43,783 nucleotides of DNA, taken from Clostridia bacterium (GTDB lineage Bacteria; Bacillota; Clostridia; Peptostreptococcales; Anaerovoracaceae). Below are positions 17,521 to 25,963 of this stretch, piece by piece. Location: the NCBI GenBank assembly GCA_024682015.1, contig JAIKZT010000011.1:1-43783 (forward strand). The letters are read 5' to 3'. Made by a program: the position numbers and the translations under genes. The notes beneath the pieces are model-generated. The model did no database searches. It was not told where the DNA came from and was given only the letters and a program-made list of their open reading frames with translations. Within the stretch, counting starts at the first letter, position 1; each line of letters begins with the position of its first letter.

Positions 17521-17583
17521 ATTATACACTACGGATAGGCCCATTTGTGGTACAATCTAAAGGATCGGAGGGCACGAAACTCT

Positions 17584-19239
17584 ATGAACAAAACCAATGC
17601 GATGAAATACAGGCCCGTCATGCTCTGCATCATGGACGGGTTCGGCCTCGCGCCGGCAGGCCCTGGGAACGCTATCGCGGCAGCCAGAACGCCAAACCTG
17701 GACGCGATCTGGAAGGCTCATCCCCACGCGCAGCTGCAGGCCTCGGGCAGAGCCGTCGGCCTGCCCGACGGGCAGATGGGCAATTCCGAAGTGGGTCATA
17801 CGAACATGGGCGCGGGGCGCGTCGTCTGGCAGGATCTGGCCAAGATCACGGCAGACATCGAGAGCGGCGTCTTCTTCGAAAACAAAGCCTTTGCGGCTGC
17901 GATAGATCATGTGAAGTCACGCGGCACTGCCCTGCACCTGTTCGGGCTGATGTCCGACGGGGGCGTGCATTCGCACATCGAACACATCAAGGCGCTGGCG
18001 CGCCTGGCGGCTGCGCGGGGCGTTCAGACGCTCTGGGTGCACTGCTTTCTGGACGGCCGCGACACGCCGCCCACGTCGGGCGCAGGCTACGTCGAGGACA
18101 TGGAGCGCGCGCTGCAGGCAGAGGAGAAAACGCTCCGGGACAGCGGTCTGGACGCCTCCTACCGCATCGGCAGCGTCTGCGGGCGCTACTACGCCATGGA
18201 CCGCGACAAGCGCTGGGAGCGGGTCAAAGAAGCCTACGAAGCGCTCACCGAGCCGGTTCTGCCGGGCTCCATCGGCGGCAGCGATGCGGTGAAGGCCGCC
18301 TACGCCATGGATGAGACCGACGAATTCGTGCGGGCCCGCGTCTGCAACGGGTTTGACGCCATCGAGGACGGCGCAGCCGTCATCTTCGCGAACTTCCGCC
18401 CGGACCGGGCGCGGGAGATCACGCGGGCGTTCGTGGATCCGGACTTCGACGGTTTTGAGCGGCAGCGCGTCGTAAAGGACCTCTGCTATGTCTGTATGAC
18501 GACCTACGACGCGGCCATCCCGAACGTGCTCGTCGCCTACCCGCCCAAGCAGTTGAAAAACACGCTCGGCGAATACGTCTCCGGCCTCGGCCTGACACAA
18601 CTTCGCATCGCGGAGACGGAGAAATATGCGCACGTAACGTTCTTCTTCAACGGCGGCGTGGAAGAGCCGTATCCGGGCGAAGAACGCATCCTCATTCCCT
18701 CCCCCAAGGTCGCGACCTACGACCTGCAGCCCTCCATGAGCGCCCCCGAAGTCACGGACGCGGTCTGCGCGCAGCTTTCGGCAGCGGACTGCCCGGACTT
18801 CATCATCCTGAACTTCGCCAACTGCGACATGGTCGGCCACACCGGCGTGTTCGATGCGGCCGTCAAGGCCGTGGAGACGGTGGACGCCTGCGTGGGGCGG
18901 GTCTGCGAAGCCATGCGCAAGGCAGGCGGCCGCCTGTTCATTACGGCGGACCACGGCAACGCGGACGAGATGCTCGACGAGGCAGGCAACGTGGTAACGG
19001 CCCACTCCACGAACCCGGTGCCATTCATCTTCTGCGACTTCGCCAAAGACGCCGCATCCTGCGGCGCTGCAGACGCCCCAGCCGGTCGAGGCCTGCACAA
19101 AACAGCCGCAGACAGTGACCCGCAGCCTTGTTTTACCGGATTGTCGGACGGTGCGCTATGTGACATCGCACCGACCATGCTGGAAGCCGCAAGCCTGCTC
19201 CAGCCGCTCGAAATGGAAGGAAAAAGCCTGCTGCGCTGA
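17584..19239 (+). CDS. gpmI: 2,3-bisphosphoglycerate-independent phosphoglycerate mutase
   Basis: CIMDGFG, MGNSEVGH, NFANCDMVGHTG and ITADHGNA motifs. GGAGGG RBS before ATG 17584, with extended -10 TGgTACAAT just upstream. Confidence 0.9.
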   Translation: MNKTNAMKYRPVMLCIMDGFGLAPAGPGNAIAAARTPNLDAIWKAHPHAQLQASGRAVGLPDGQMGNSEVGHTNMGAGRVVWQDLAKITADIESGVFFENKAFAAAIDHVKSRGTALHLFGLMSDGGVHSHIEHIKALARLAAARGVQTLWVHCFLDGRDTPPTSGAGYVEDMERALQAEEKTLRDSGLDASYRIGSVCGRYYAMDRDKRWERVKEAYEALTEPVLPGSIGGSDAVKAAYAMDETDEFVRARVCNGFDAIEDGAAVIFANFRPDRAREITRAFVDPDFDGFERQRVVKDLCYVCMTTYDAAIPNVLVAYPPKQLKNTLGEYVSGLGLTQLRIAETEKYAHVTFFFNGGVEEPYPGEERILIPSPKVATYDLQPSMSAPEVTDAVCAQLSAADCPDFIILNFANCDMVGHTGVFDAAVKAVETVDACVGRVCEAMRKAGGRLFITADHGNADEMLDEAGNVVTAHSTNPVPFIFCDFAKDAASCGAADAPAGRGLHKTAADSDPQPCFTGLSDGALCDIAPTMLEAASLLQPLEMEGKSLLR

Positions 19240-19254
19240 TCAGCGGAAGCCCCT

Positions 19255-19655
19255 TCTCAATCGCCCCAAGGGATGGATCTGATCAAACGCTGAGAGCAAT
19301 GAATTTACCAGTTGTTGCAAGAGATACATTTTCCAGTTTCTGCAGGCGTTGAATTCGCCAGACGTCGGAAACGGTAGATCTAATCAAATGCTGGGAGCGG
19401 TGGATTTGTCAGTGGTTGCGAGTGGTGGATTTATCAATTGCTGCAGGCAACGAATTCGCCAGCCGTCGGGAGCGGCAGATCTAATCAAATGCTGGGAGCG
19501 GTGGATTTGTCAGTGGTTGCGAGTGGTGGATTTATCAATTGCTGCAGGCAACGAATTTGCCAGCCGATACGAGCGACAGACCTGATCAAACAATGGGAGT
19601 AGCGAATCTTTCACTAGTTGCAGACTGTTGGCTTGGTCAAACGGCATGGAAAAGG
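19255..19655. repeat. Noncoding tandem repeat of about 4 x 101 bp, each unit made of four degenerate ~25-bp subrepeats
   Basis: Units start at 19351, 19452 and 19553. Units 19351-19451 and 19452-19552 differ at 4 of 101 positions; the flanking units are diverged. Approximate subrepeat consensus GGNGGATNTNTCANNNGNTGNGAGY. Confidence 0.85.
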
Positions 19656-19774
19656 ATGCATCTCGCTCTGTGGACTTAAAGTTCCCATTACTGCCCATTT
19701 ATGGCCTTGGCATGGAGTTCCAGAGTTATCACAAAATGTTGCATAATATACTGGGATCGTGCATATATACCCGT

Positions 19775-19887
19775 ATTATTCACCCCCTCCAAATGAATCA
19801 TTCCATATGATGATCCGTATGGATTCGCGGAACGTAAAAGATATCCGCAAATCGCCTGTTTAGGATGATTTGCGGATATTTGTTTTC
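19775..19887 (+). ncRNA. Candidate ~110-nt sRNA with a C-rich tract
   Basis: Promoter-like TTGCAT (19739-19744), 18-nt spacer, TGc-ATATAT (19760-19768). Contains a CACCCCCUCC tract. Ends at the hairpin 19841-19853/19867-19879 plus TTGTTTT. No RBS-preceded ORF. Confidence 0.3.
19841..19887 (+). terminator. Intrinsic terminator-like hairpin
   Basis: ATATCCGCAAATC / GATTTGCGGATAT, a 13-bp stem followed by TTGTTTTC. A diverged second copy of the hairpin at 20022-20058 lacks the T-run. Confidence 0.6.
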
Positions 19888-20274
19888 ATTCCAGGATAAT
19901 GACAAACCCTTTATCGACCTGCTTCCAAATGTCCTATCGGGATTCTGAAACGATATAAGGCATGTATCGACCTGCATACCTTGTTTCAGAACCCTTTGGA
20001 CACCCTATTATCCCATACCTATATCCGCAATTCTCGCATTCTGGCGATTTTGCGGATAATTGTTCCGTGCCGCGTTGCAATTCGCCACAGAAATACCATC
20101 ACTGGGGACATCCTCTGCGGGCAGCACATCCGTGCAACAAGTCCCCAAGGTTTCAATCTGGCAGAGGAGACATCCCCCACAGGCAGTCCATCAGGACGGA
20201 TATTCCTCGCTGGTACTTCGTCAGTGCGGCCATCCCCCATGGTTCAGTCTGTTAGTGGAGACATTCCCAGCGGT

Positions 20275-22131
20275 TCAGTCCTTCAGCGCTGTTAGCACGC
20301 GCATGGCGGCACGGTAGCCGTCAGCCGCCGCGGACATAATGCCGCCCGCATAACCGGCGCCTTCCCCAGCCGGATAAAGACCTTCAATGGCGACGAAGGC
20401 TTTGTCCGCCTGAGAAACCGCCACAGAGCCATCATCCGGAATGCTTTTGCATGACTTGTCCTGATCGCAAAGCGCCAAGCCCCTTTCATCCCGCCGGATC
20501 CGCACGGGAGAAGAACTGCGGGCTTCCAGCGCCGTGAGCACCGCTTCGGGGGCGTCGAATCCATGCAGTTTGCGACCGAGCGCGGGCAGCGCTTCCGCGA
20601 GGGAATCGCTCACGAAAGCAGGCAGGCACTTTCGGATGTCGGTCCAGGTTACGCCGGGGCGGTACGTGGGCTGCACGGGACCTGCCGTTTCAGGACCGCG
20701 GGTTTCGCTGCCAGCCTGAGGATCGCCGCGGTCAAGCGCCTCGTCCGGCGCTGCGGAGGGTCTCCCCGCCAGAAAATCGCCCACCCGCTGCGCGGGCGCG
20801 CGGTAATCGCCGCCGCCGAGTTCAAAGGCCAGGCGCTCGTACTTCCGCTGAAATTCAACGCCTGCCAGGGGATGAGAGCTGCCGAAATCTTCCGGCCGCA
20901 CGTCCACGAGCAGACCGGAATCGGCGTTGCGGCCGTCTCTGGCGCGGTCACTCATGCCGTTCGTGCAAAGCCCGCCTTCCTCCGAAGCCGAAGCCACCAC
21001 ATAGCCGCCCGGGCACATGCAGAACGTGTAGACGCCCCGGCCCGCCTTCGTGCGGCAGGAGAGCTTGTACTCCGCCGCGCCGACGCCCAGCGCCTCGTGC
21101 GGAGCCGCCAACTGCGCCATGTCGACGTCTTCCTGCCGGTGCTCGATGCGTACGCCCATGGAGAACGGCTTCTGCTCCAGGGCCAGGCCCGCTTCCAGCA
21201 GCATGGCGAAGCTGTCCCTGGCGCTGTGACCCAGCGCAAAGATGAGCGCATCCGTCTCCAGATACGCCCTCTGCGCATCGTTCTCCGTCCATATGCCGCA
21301 AAGCCGTCCGCTGCGGATATCCAGGCCGGCGAGCTTCGTGCCGAAGCACACGATCCCGCCCAGGTCTTCGATCCGCCGGCGAAGGTTCACGACGACCCGC
21401 CGCAGGACGTCCGTTCCCACGTGCGGATGCTGCCGGTACAGGATGTCCCGCGGCGCGCCTGCATCCACGAACGCCTGCAGGATCAGTCGGTGCGAAGGGT
21501 CCTTCGTGCCCGTCGTGAGCTTGCCGTCGGAAAAACTGCCGGCCCCGCCTTCGCCGAACTGCACGTTCGAGGCAGGATCCAGCACGCCTTCGCGCCAGAA
21601 GCGCTCCACCGCCGCCACGCGCGCATCCATGGACGCGCCGCGTTCGAGCACGATGGGCCGCCTCCCCGCCTCTGCCAGCGTGAGCGCGGCGAATATGCCG
21701 CAGGGTCCGAATCCGGCCACGACGGGACGCAGCGCCCCTTCCGGCTGCGGATACGACCCCGGCTTTGGAAAACCAACCGTTTCCGGCTGCATCAGCGCAG
21801 CCTTCGCGTGTGCGTGGCGCGCGAGCGCCAGCAGCTCTTCCGCCTCGAATTCGCTGTTCAGCACGTCCAGGCTGAAGACCCGGTAGACAGCCGGCTTCTC
21901 CCGGGCGTCCAGGGATTCCTTCGCGATGCGGACCTGCCGCAGGCTCCCCGCCGGAAGGCGCAGACGCCTCTCCGCGCGGCGGGCCAGGAAGCGCTCAAGC
22001 TCCCCGGGCTCGAAAGGACCGGCCTCGGGACGAAAAGACGGGTCCCGGTCCAAAAGGCCGTCCCCCGCATCGCGGAGTTCGCGCATCTCTTCCGCCCGTA
22101 TTTTAATTTCGTGTATCCTTACAAATTCCAT
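20275..22131 (-). CDS. FAD-dependent protein (COG2509-like NAD(FAD)-utilising dehydrogenase)
   Basis: Dinucleotide-binding motif VVAGFGPCGIFAALTLAEAG, plus FGEGGAGSFSDGKL. Its ATG lies 3 nt after the stop of the upstream flavoprotein gene. Confidence 0.75.
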   Translation of the reverse strand: MEFVRIHEIKIRAEEMRELRDAGDGLLDRDPSFRPEAGPFEPGELERFLARRAERRLRLPAGSLRQVRIAKESLDAREKPAVYRVFSLDVLNSEFEAEELLALARHAHAKAALMQPETVGFPKPGSYPQPEGALRPVVAGFGPCGIFAALTLAEAGRRPIVLERGASMDARVAAVERFWREGVLDPASNVQFGEGGAGSFSDGKLTTGTKDPSHRLILQAFVDAGAPRDILYRQHPHVGTDVLRRVVVNLRRRIEDLGGIVCFGTKLAGLDIRSGRLCGIWTENDAQRAYLETDALIFALGHSARDSFAMLLEAGLALEQKPFSMGVRIEHRQEDVDMAQLAAPHEALGVGAAEYKLSCRTKAGRGVYTFCMCPGGYVVASASEEGGLCTNGMSDRARDGRNADSGLLVDVRPEDFGSSHPLAGVEFQRKYERLAFELGGGDYRAPAQRVGDFLAGRPSAAPDEALDRGDPQAGSETRGPETAGPVQPTYRPGVTWTDIRKCLPAFVSDSLAEALPALGRKLHGFDAPEAVLTALEARSSSPVRIRRDERGLALCDQDKSCKSIPDDGSVAVSQADKAFVAIEGLYPAGEGAGYAGGIMSAAADGYRAAMRVLTALKD

Positions 22132-22134
22132 GTT

Positions 22135-23436
22135 TTATAGGGTCTCCGCCGTCCGGCCTTCCAGGGATGCCGCAGCCGCGCTGCCCGCGATCCAGCCGCT
22201 GGCGAACGCCCAGGTGAGGCTGTATCCACCGCAAGGGCCGTCCATGTCCAGGATCTCTCCTGCGAAATACAGGCCCGGCTCGCGCGCGGATGCCATGGTC
22301 TTCGGGTCCGCCTCGTCGAGCGCCACGCCGCCGCTGGTGGTGTGAGCCTCCTTCCAGCCTTTGCTCGCGACCGGCGTAAACCGCATGCCCTTCAGAAGCT
22401 GAGACAGTTCCTCCGCATCCTGGCAGCGCTTTTCTGCGAGATCCGCCAGTTTCCGGGGCAGCAGCGCAACCAGGAAATAGTCGCCGAGAACCTTTTTTCT
22501 GTCCTCCAGTTTCGTCTGCAGTTCTTCCCCGGAACACTCCGGGAAGAGATCGAGCTGCAGCGCGAAGCGTTCACCGGCGCCCAGCGCGCCATCGGTGCGG
22601 AAACCCCGGGAAACGTCCATCACGCAGATGCCGCTGACGCTGTCCGCATTGAACTGGATCTCCCCTTCACTTTCGCCCAGCAGCCGATCGCGGCACTCCC
22701 CCGCTCTGCGGCAAAGCAGCCTGACCCTGCCGCGCACGCGCACGCCGGCGAGCTGCCGCAGCAGGCTCTCCTCCTCGCAGACGAGCCCTGTAAGCGCAGG
22801 GATGGGCTTGATGACCCGGCATCCAAAGCTTTGCGCGATCTTCAGGGGACGTCCTTCGCAGCCGTACTGGATGCCGGCCTTTCCGCCGCCCGCCAGGATG
22901 AGCCGGCGGCACAGCACCGTCCTGCCGTCCGAAGCTTCCACGCGGAACACGTCTCCGTCCCGGAACGCCGTACGTGCATCGAACCCGTACAGGATCTCTG
23001 CCGGACAGCCCGGACCGGCCGCTCCGAACGCGCCGCGCTCCAGCGCCTCCACGACGCTGGCGGCCTGCAGGCTCCTGGGGTACAGCCTCCCCTGCTCCTC
23101 CTCACGGCACTCGAGGCCAAGCTCCGCGAACAGTTCCTGCAGCCGCTCGGGCCCGCAGAGGTCCAGCGCGGCGCCCGCGAAGGCGATCGTTTTTTCGCTC
23201 GCCTTTCCGGAAAGCGCGGTCGCCTCCCCGCTGCGGTAGTCCTCCGCGCGGGCGGTCCTGTTCAGCAGGTTGCAGCGTCCGTTTCCAGTGGCGTAAAGCT
23301 TCTTGCCCGCCTTATCGTTTTTTTCGAGCAGTGCGAGGGTCAGCCCCCGCTCGGACCGCCTGACGGCGATGGCCGCCATCAGGCCCGCGGCGCCTGCTCC
23401 CAGCACCGCGACATCGTAAATTGTTTGCTTGCTCAT
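22135..23436 (-). CDS. HI0933/BaiN-family NAD(P)/FAD-dependent flavoprotein
   Basis: YDVAVLGAGAAGLMAA and ATGNGRCN motifs. Start set at ATG 23436; the upstream part of the 740-aa track ORF is antisense to yqeY. Confidence 0.8.
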   Translation of the reverse strand: MSKQTIYDVAVLGAGAAGLMAAIAVRRSERGLTLALLEKNDKAGKKLYATGNGRCNLLNRTARAEDYRSGEATALSGKASEKTIAFAGAALDLCGPERLQELFAELGLECREEEQGRLYPRSLQAASVVEALERGAFGAAGPGCPAEILYGFDARTAFRDGDVFRVEASDGRTVLCRRLILAGGGKAGIQYGCEGRPLKIAQSFGCRVIKPIPALTGLVCEEESLLRQLAGVRVRGRVRLLCRRAGECRDRLLGESEGEIQFNADSVSGICVMDVSRGFRTDGALGAGERFALQLDLFPECSGEELQTKLEDRKKVLGDYFLVALLPRKLADLAEKRCQDAEELSQLLKGMRFTPVASKGWKEAHTTSGGVALDEADPKTMASAREPGLYFAGEILDMDGPCGGYSLTWAFASGWIAGSAAAASLEGRTAETL

Positions 23437-23517
23437 ATGTTTATTGTAATCTATCCCGCGCATTTCGTGGTAAAATATTTTCCAAAGAGCAGCACACCGA
23501 AAAGGAGGATACGATAC

Positions 23518-23955
23518 ATGGAATTCAAAGCACTGCAGGCAGAGATGATCAAAGCACTCAAAGCGGGTCAGAAGGAGCGCAAGGAATCGATCTCCGCGCT
23601 CGTGGCGGCTGCGAAAAAGCTCGCCATCGACGCCGGCTGCCGGGACGACATCCCCGAGGAGATGGTGACCCAGGCCATCCTCAAGGAAGTCAAGAGCGCC
23701 AAGGAGCAGATCGAGACCTGCCCCGCCAGCCGGGAAGACCTGCTGGCGCAGTACAAGGCGCACCTGGCGGTCATCGAGGAGTTCGCGCCGAAGATGCTGT
23801 CCGCCGAGGAGGTGGAAGCCCTGCTTCAGGAGAAATACGCGGATGTCATCGCCAGCAAGAACAAGGGCCTCATCATGAAGACCGTCATGGCCGACCTCAA
23901 GGGCAAGGCCGACGGCAAGGTGATCTCCGGCGTCGTCGCAAAGCTCTGCCAGTAG
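23518..23955 (+). CDS. yqeY: GatB/YqeY domain-containing protein
   Basis: About 145 aa with the typical YqeY sequence (ALKAGQKERKESISALV..., KGLIMKTVMADLKGKADGK). AAAGGAGGA RBS. Confidence 0.8.
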   Translation: MEFKALQAEMIKALKAGQKERKESISALVAAAKKLAIDAGCRDDIPEEMVTQAILKEVKSAKEQIETCPASREDLLAQYKAHLAVIEEFAPKMLSAEEVEALLQEKYADVIASKNKGLIMKTVMADLKGKADGKVISGVVAKLCQ

Positions 23956-23968
23956 ATCGATCAAAGCG

Positions 23969-24005
23969 AAAGCCCCGCCCGGAAATGCTCCGAGCGGGGC
24001 TTTTT
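23969..24005. terminator. Intrinsic terminator between the convergent yqeY and XRE/AbrB genes
   Basis: AAAGCCCCGC / GCGGGGCTTT hairpin followed by TTTTGCGTGTTTTC. Confidence 0.7.
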
Positions 24006-24020
24006 GCGTGTTTTCAAGCG

Positions 24021-24455
24021 TTATTCCTTCTGCGAAGACAGGTACTCCATGATGCTTTGCAGGCCTTTCTCGAACACCTCCGCCTGGATGAGCGCGATCC
24101 CCTGCTCGTCGCTGCAGACGATGAGCCGCTGTCCGCCGGACAGTCCGAACTTGTCCCGCGCTTCCTTGGGGATGACGATCTGCCCCCTGTCGTTGATCGT
24201 GACGGCCCCCCAGAGATACTTGCCTTCCGGGGCCGGAGGGATCAGCCCGACGCCCTCCACCGATTCGGTCTTGAGCAGGGCGTCGACGGTCGTTCCGTAC
24301 ACTTTCGCCAGGAGGCTGCATTTCTCCACGTCCGGGATGGTCGCACCGCTCTCCCACTTCGCATAGGCCTGGCGAGAAATGCCTATCTTCTCGGAGATCT
24401 CCTCCTGGGAATACCCGTTGATCTTGCGAAGCATCGCCAGATTATCCTTCAGCAT
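24021..24455 (-). CDS. XRE-family HTH regulator fused to a SpoVT/AbrB-like domain
   Basis: N-terminal HTH YSQEEISEKIGISRQAYAKWESG. C-terminal GQIVIPKEARDKFGLSGGQRL looped-hinge-helix-like motif. AAAGGAGG RBS. Confidence 0.75.
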   Translation of the reverse strand: MLKDNLAMLRKINGYSQEEISEKIGISRQAYAKWESGATIPDVEKCSLLAKVYGTTVDALLKTESVEGVGLIPPAPEGKYLWGAVTINDRGQIVIPKEARDKFGLSGGQRLIVCSDEQGIALIQAEVFEKGLQSIMEYLSSQKE

Positions 24456-24467
24456 GGCCGGCCTCCT

Positions 24468-25121
24468 TTACAGGTCGATAGTCTCAAAATGTCTGCACGC
24501 ATCTCGGCAGGACAGCAGGGTCATCAGCAGGAAGGCGATGACCCCCGCAGCCAGGCACCCCAGCTGCAGGCCGATGCAGTCCGTCCCGAATGCGTTCAGC
24601 TTTTCCAGTCCCGGGATGTGGTGCAACGCCTCGAACGCGCCGATGGAGAGAAAACCAGCGATCAGAAAGCCTACGAAGGGCTTTCCGAACTGGTAGCCCG
24701 TCCTGAAAAATCCTCCCACGAAGATCCAGTTGAACAATCCGAAAAGGAAGAACGCCGCGCCCAGGGCGAAGAGATTCGCGTTCATCAGCGGGTTTGAGCG
24801 GTACACCGCTGACCCCGCCAGGAGGGTCATCCGAAGGCCTGTGCAGACCGCCATCAGCGCCAGCGTGCAGGCCTCGATGAAGCAGGTGAACATATAGCGG
24901 CCTTTCACCACGTCCCGCTTGGCGATGGGCAGCAGCACGGAGAACACGGTGTCGTTCGCTTCCCGCGCCGTCTGGAAGGTCTGAAAGATCCCCAGCGAGG
25001 AGAAGATCGCGCCGCAGAGGACGGGGTAGCCGGGAAGCAGGAACATCGCTCCGAATGCGATGAACAGGTACGAGAGCACGGACGCGCTCAGTTTCATTTC
25101 CTTCAGCAGAACGTTACGCAT
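24468..25121 (-). CDS. ABC-2 type transporter permease
   Basis: Six hydrophobic segments. Start overlaps the stop of the ABC ATPase by 8 nt. Confidence 0.7.
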   Translation of the reverse strand: MRNVLLKEMKLSASVLSYLFIAFGAMFLLPGYPVLCGAIFSSLGIFQTFQTAREANDTVFSVLLPIAKRDVVKGRYMFTCFIEACTLALMAVCTGLRMTLLAGSAVYRSNPLMNANLFALGAAFFLFGLFNWIFVGGFFRTGYQFGKPFVGFLIAGFLSIGAFEALHHIPGLEKLNAFGTDCIGLQLGCLAAGVIAFLLMTLLSCRDACRHFETIDL

Positions 25122-25836
25122 GGATCTCCCCCCTTTCCAGCCGCAGCATCGTATCCTCCAGCGTCTCTCCGTCCAGGGAGAACCGCGCTTCGAAATCCGC
25201 CTTCGGCATGGCCGCGACGATCTCGCCCTTCGAGATGTACACGATGTCGTCTGCGCACTTTTCGATGTCCGAGATGACGTGGGTGGAGAAGAACACCGCG
25301 ACGCCTTCCTTCTTCAGCTCGGTGAACAGATCCAGCAGCTCGTTGCGGGAAAACGGGTCCAGCCCGCTGGTCGGCTCGTCCAGGATCAGCACCTGCGCCC
25401 TGTGAGACAGCGCCAGGAGAAGGTTGAACTTCACCTTCATGCCCTCGGACAGCGCCAGCGGCGTCTTCGCCTCATCGAGCTGAAACAGATCGAGATACTT
25501 CCGGTAGGCCGCGTCGTCCCAGGTATCGTAGAACCGCCGGACGATGGATGCGATGTCGCGGATCTTCTTTCTCGGATACCAGCTGACCGTGCCCGTCGAA
25601 TATCCGAGCCGCTTCTTGATCGCCGCCTCATCTGTCATCAGCGGCTGTCCGAAGTAGCAGACACTGCCGCCGTCCGGGTGGATGAGGTTCAGCATGGCCT
25701 TGATCGTCGTGGTCTTGCCGGCGCCGTTTCTGCCGATGAAGCCCGTGATCCGGCCGCTTTCGATGCTGAAAGACACGTCTTTCAGCGTAAATGACGGGTA
25801 TTTCTTGACGAGGCCCCGCACTTCCGCAATACTCAT
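25114..25836 (-). CDS. ABC transporter ATP-binding protein
   Basis: Walker A GRNGAGKTT, signature LSEGMKVK, Walker B LILDEPTSGLD. GGAGG RBS before ATG 25836. Confidence 0.88.
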   Translation of the reverse strand: MSIAEVRGLVKKYPSFTLKDVSFSIESGRITGFIGRNGAGKTTTIKAMLNLIHPDGGSVCYFGQPLMTDEAAIKKRLGYSTGTVSWYPRKKIRDIASIVRRFYDTWDDAAYRKYLDLFQLDEAKTPLALSEGMKVKFNLLLALSHRAQVLILDEPTSGLDPFSRNELLDLFTELKKEGVAVFFSTHVISDIEKCADDIVYISKGEIVAAMPKADFEARFSLDGETLEDTMLRLERGEIHA

Positions 25837-25963
25837 AAAAACCTCCGCGAATTGAATTTCTATGATTATTGTAAAGCATGGTTGCCTATCTTTCCACCAA
25901 CCCAAAATAACGCAAAACTATGTTTTTCGTTATTTTAGGTTGCATTCTGTCCTTCCGGAGCAG

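Noticed and set aside
19349-19585. 78-aa ORF spanning the tandem repeat
   Set aside because: The 101-bp repeat period is not divisible by 3, so near-identical DNA units are translated in different frames. There is no RBS.
19255-19655. CRISPR array interpretation of the tandem repeat
   Set aside because: The repeats are contiguous with no unique spacers. The subrepeats are degenerate rather than identical, and no cas genes or leader are present in the window.
19731-19775. Possible dif (XerC/D) site, since TGTTGCATAATATAC resembles the XerC arm of dif
   Set aside because: No XerD-arm-like TTATGTTAAAT or Firmicutes dif-like right half follows. The resemblance covers about 10 nt of AT-rich sequence only.
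22135-24357. 740-aa ORF extending the HI0933-type flavoprotein upstream across yqeY
   Set aside because: The flavoprotein's Rossmann motif begins right after ATG 23436. The upstream extension is antisense to the well-supported yqeY gene and has shadow-frame composition.
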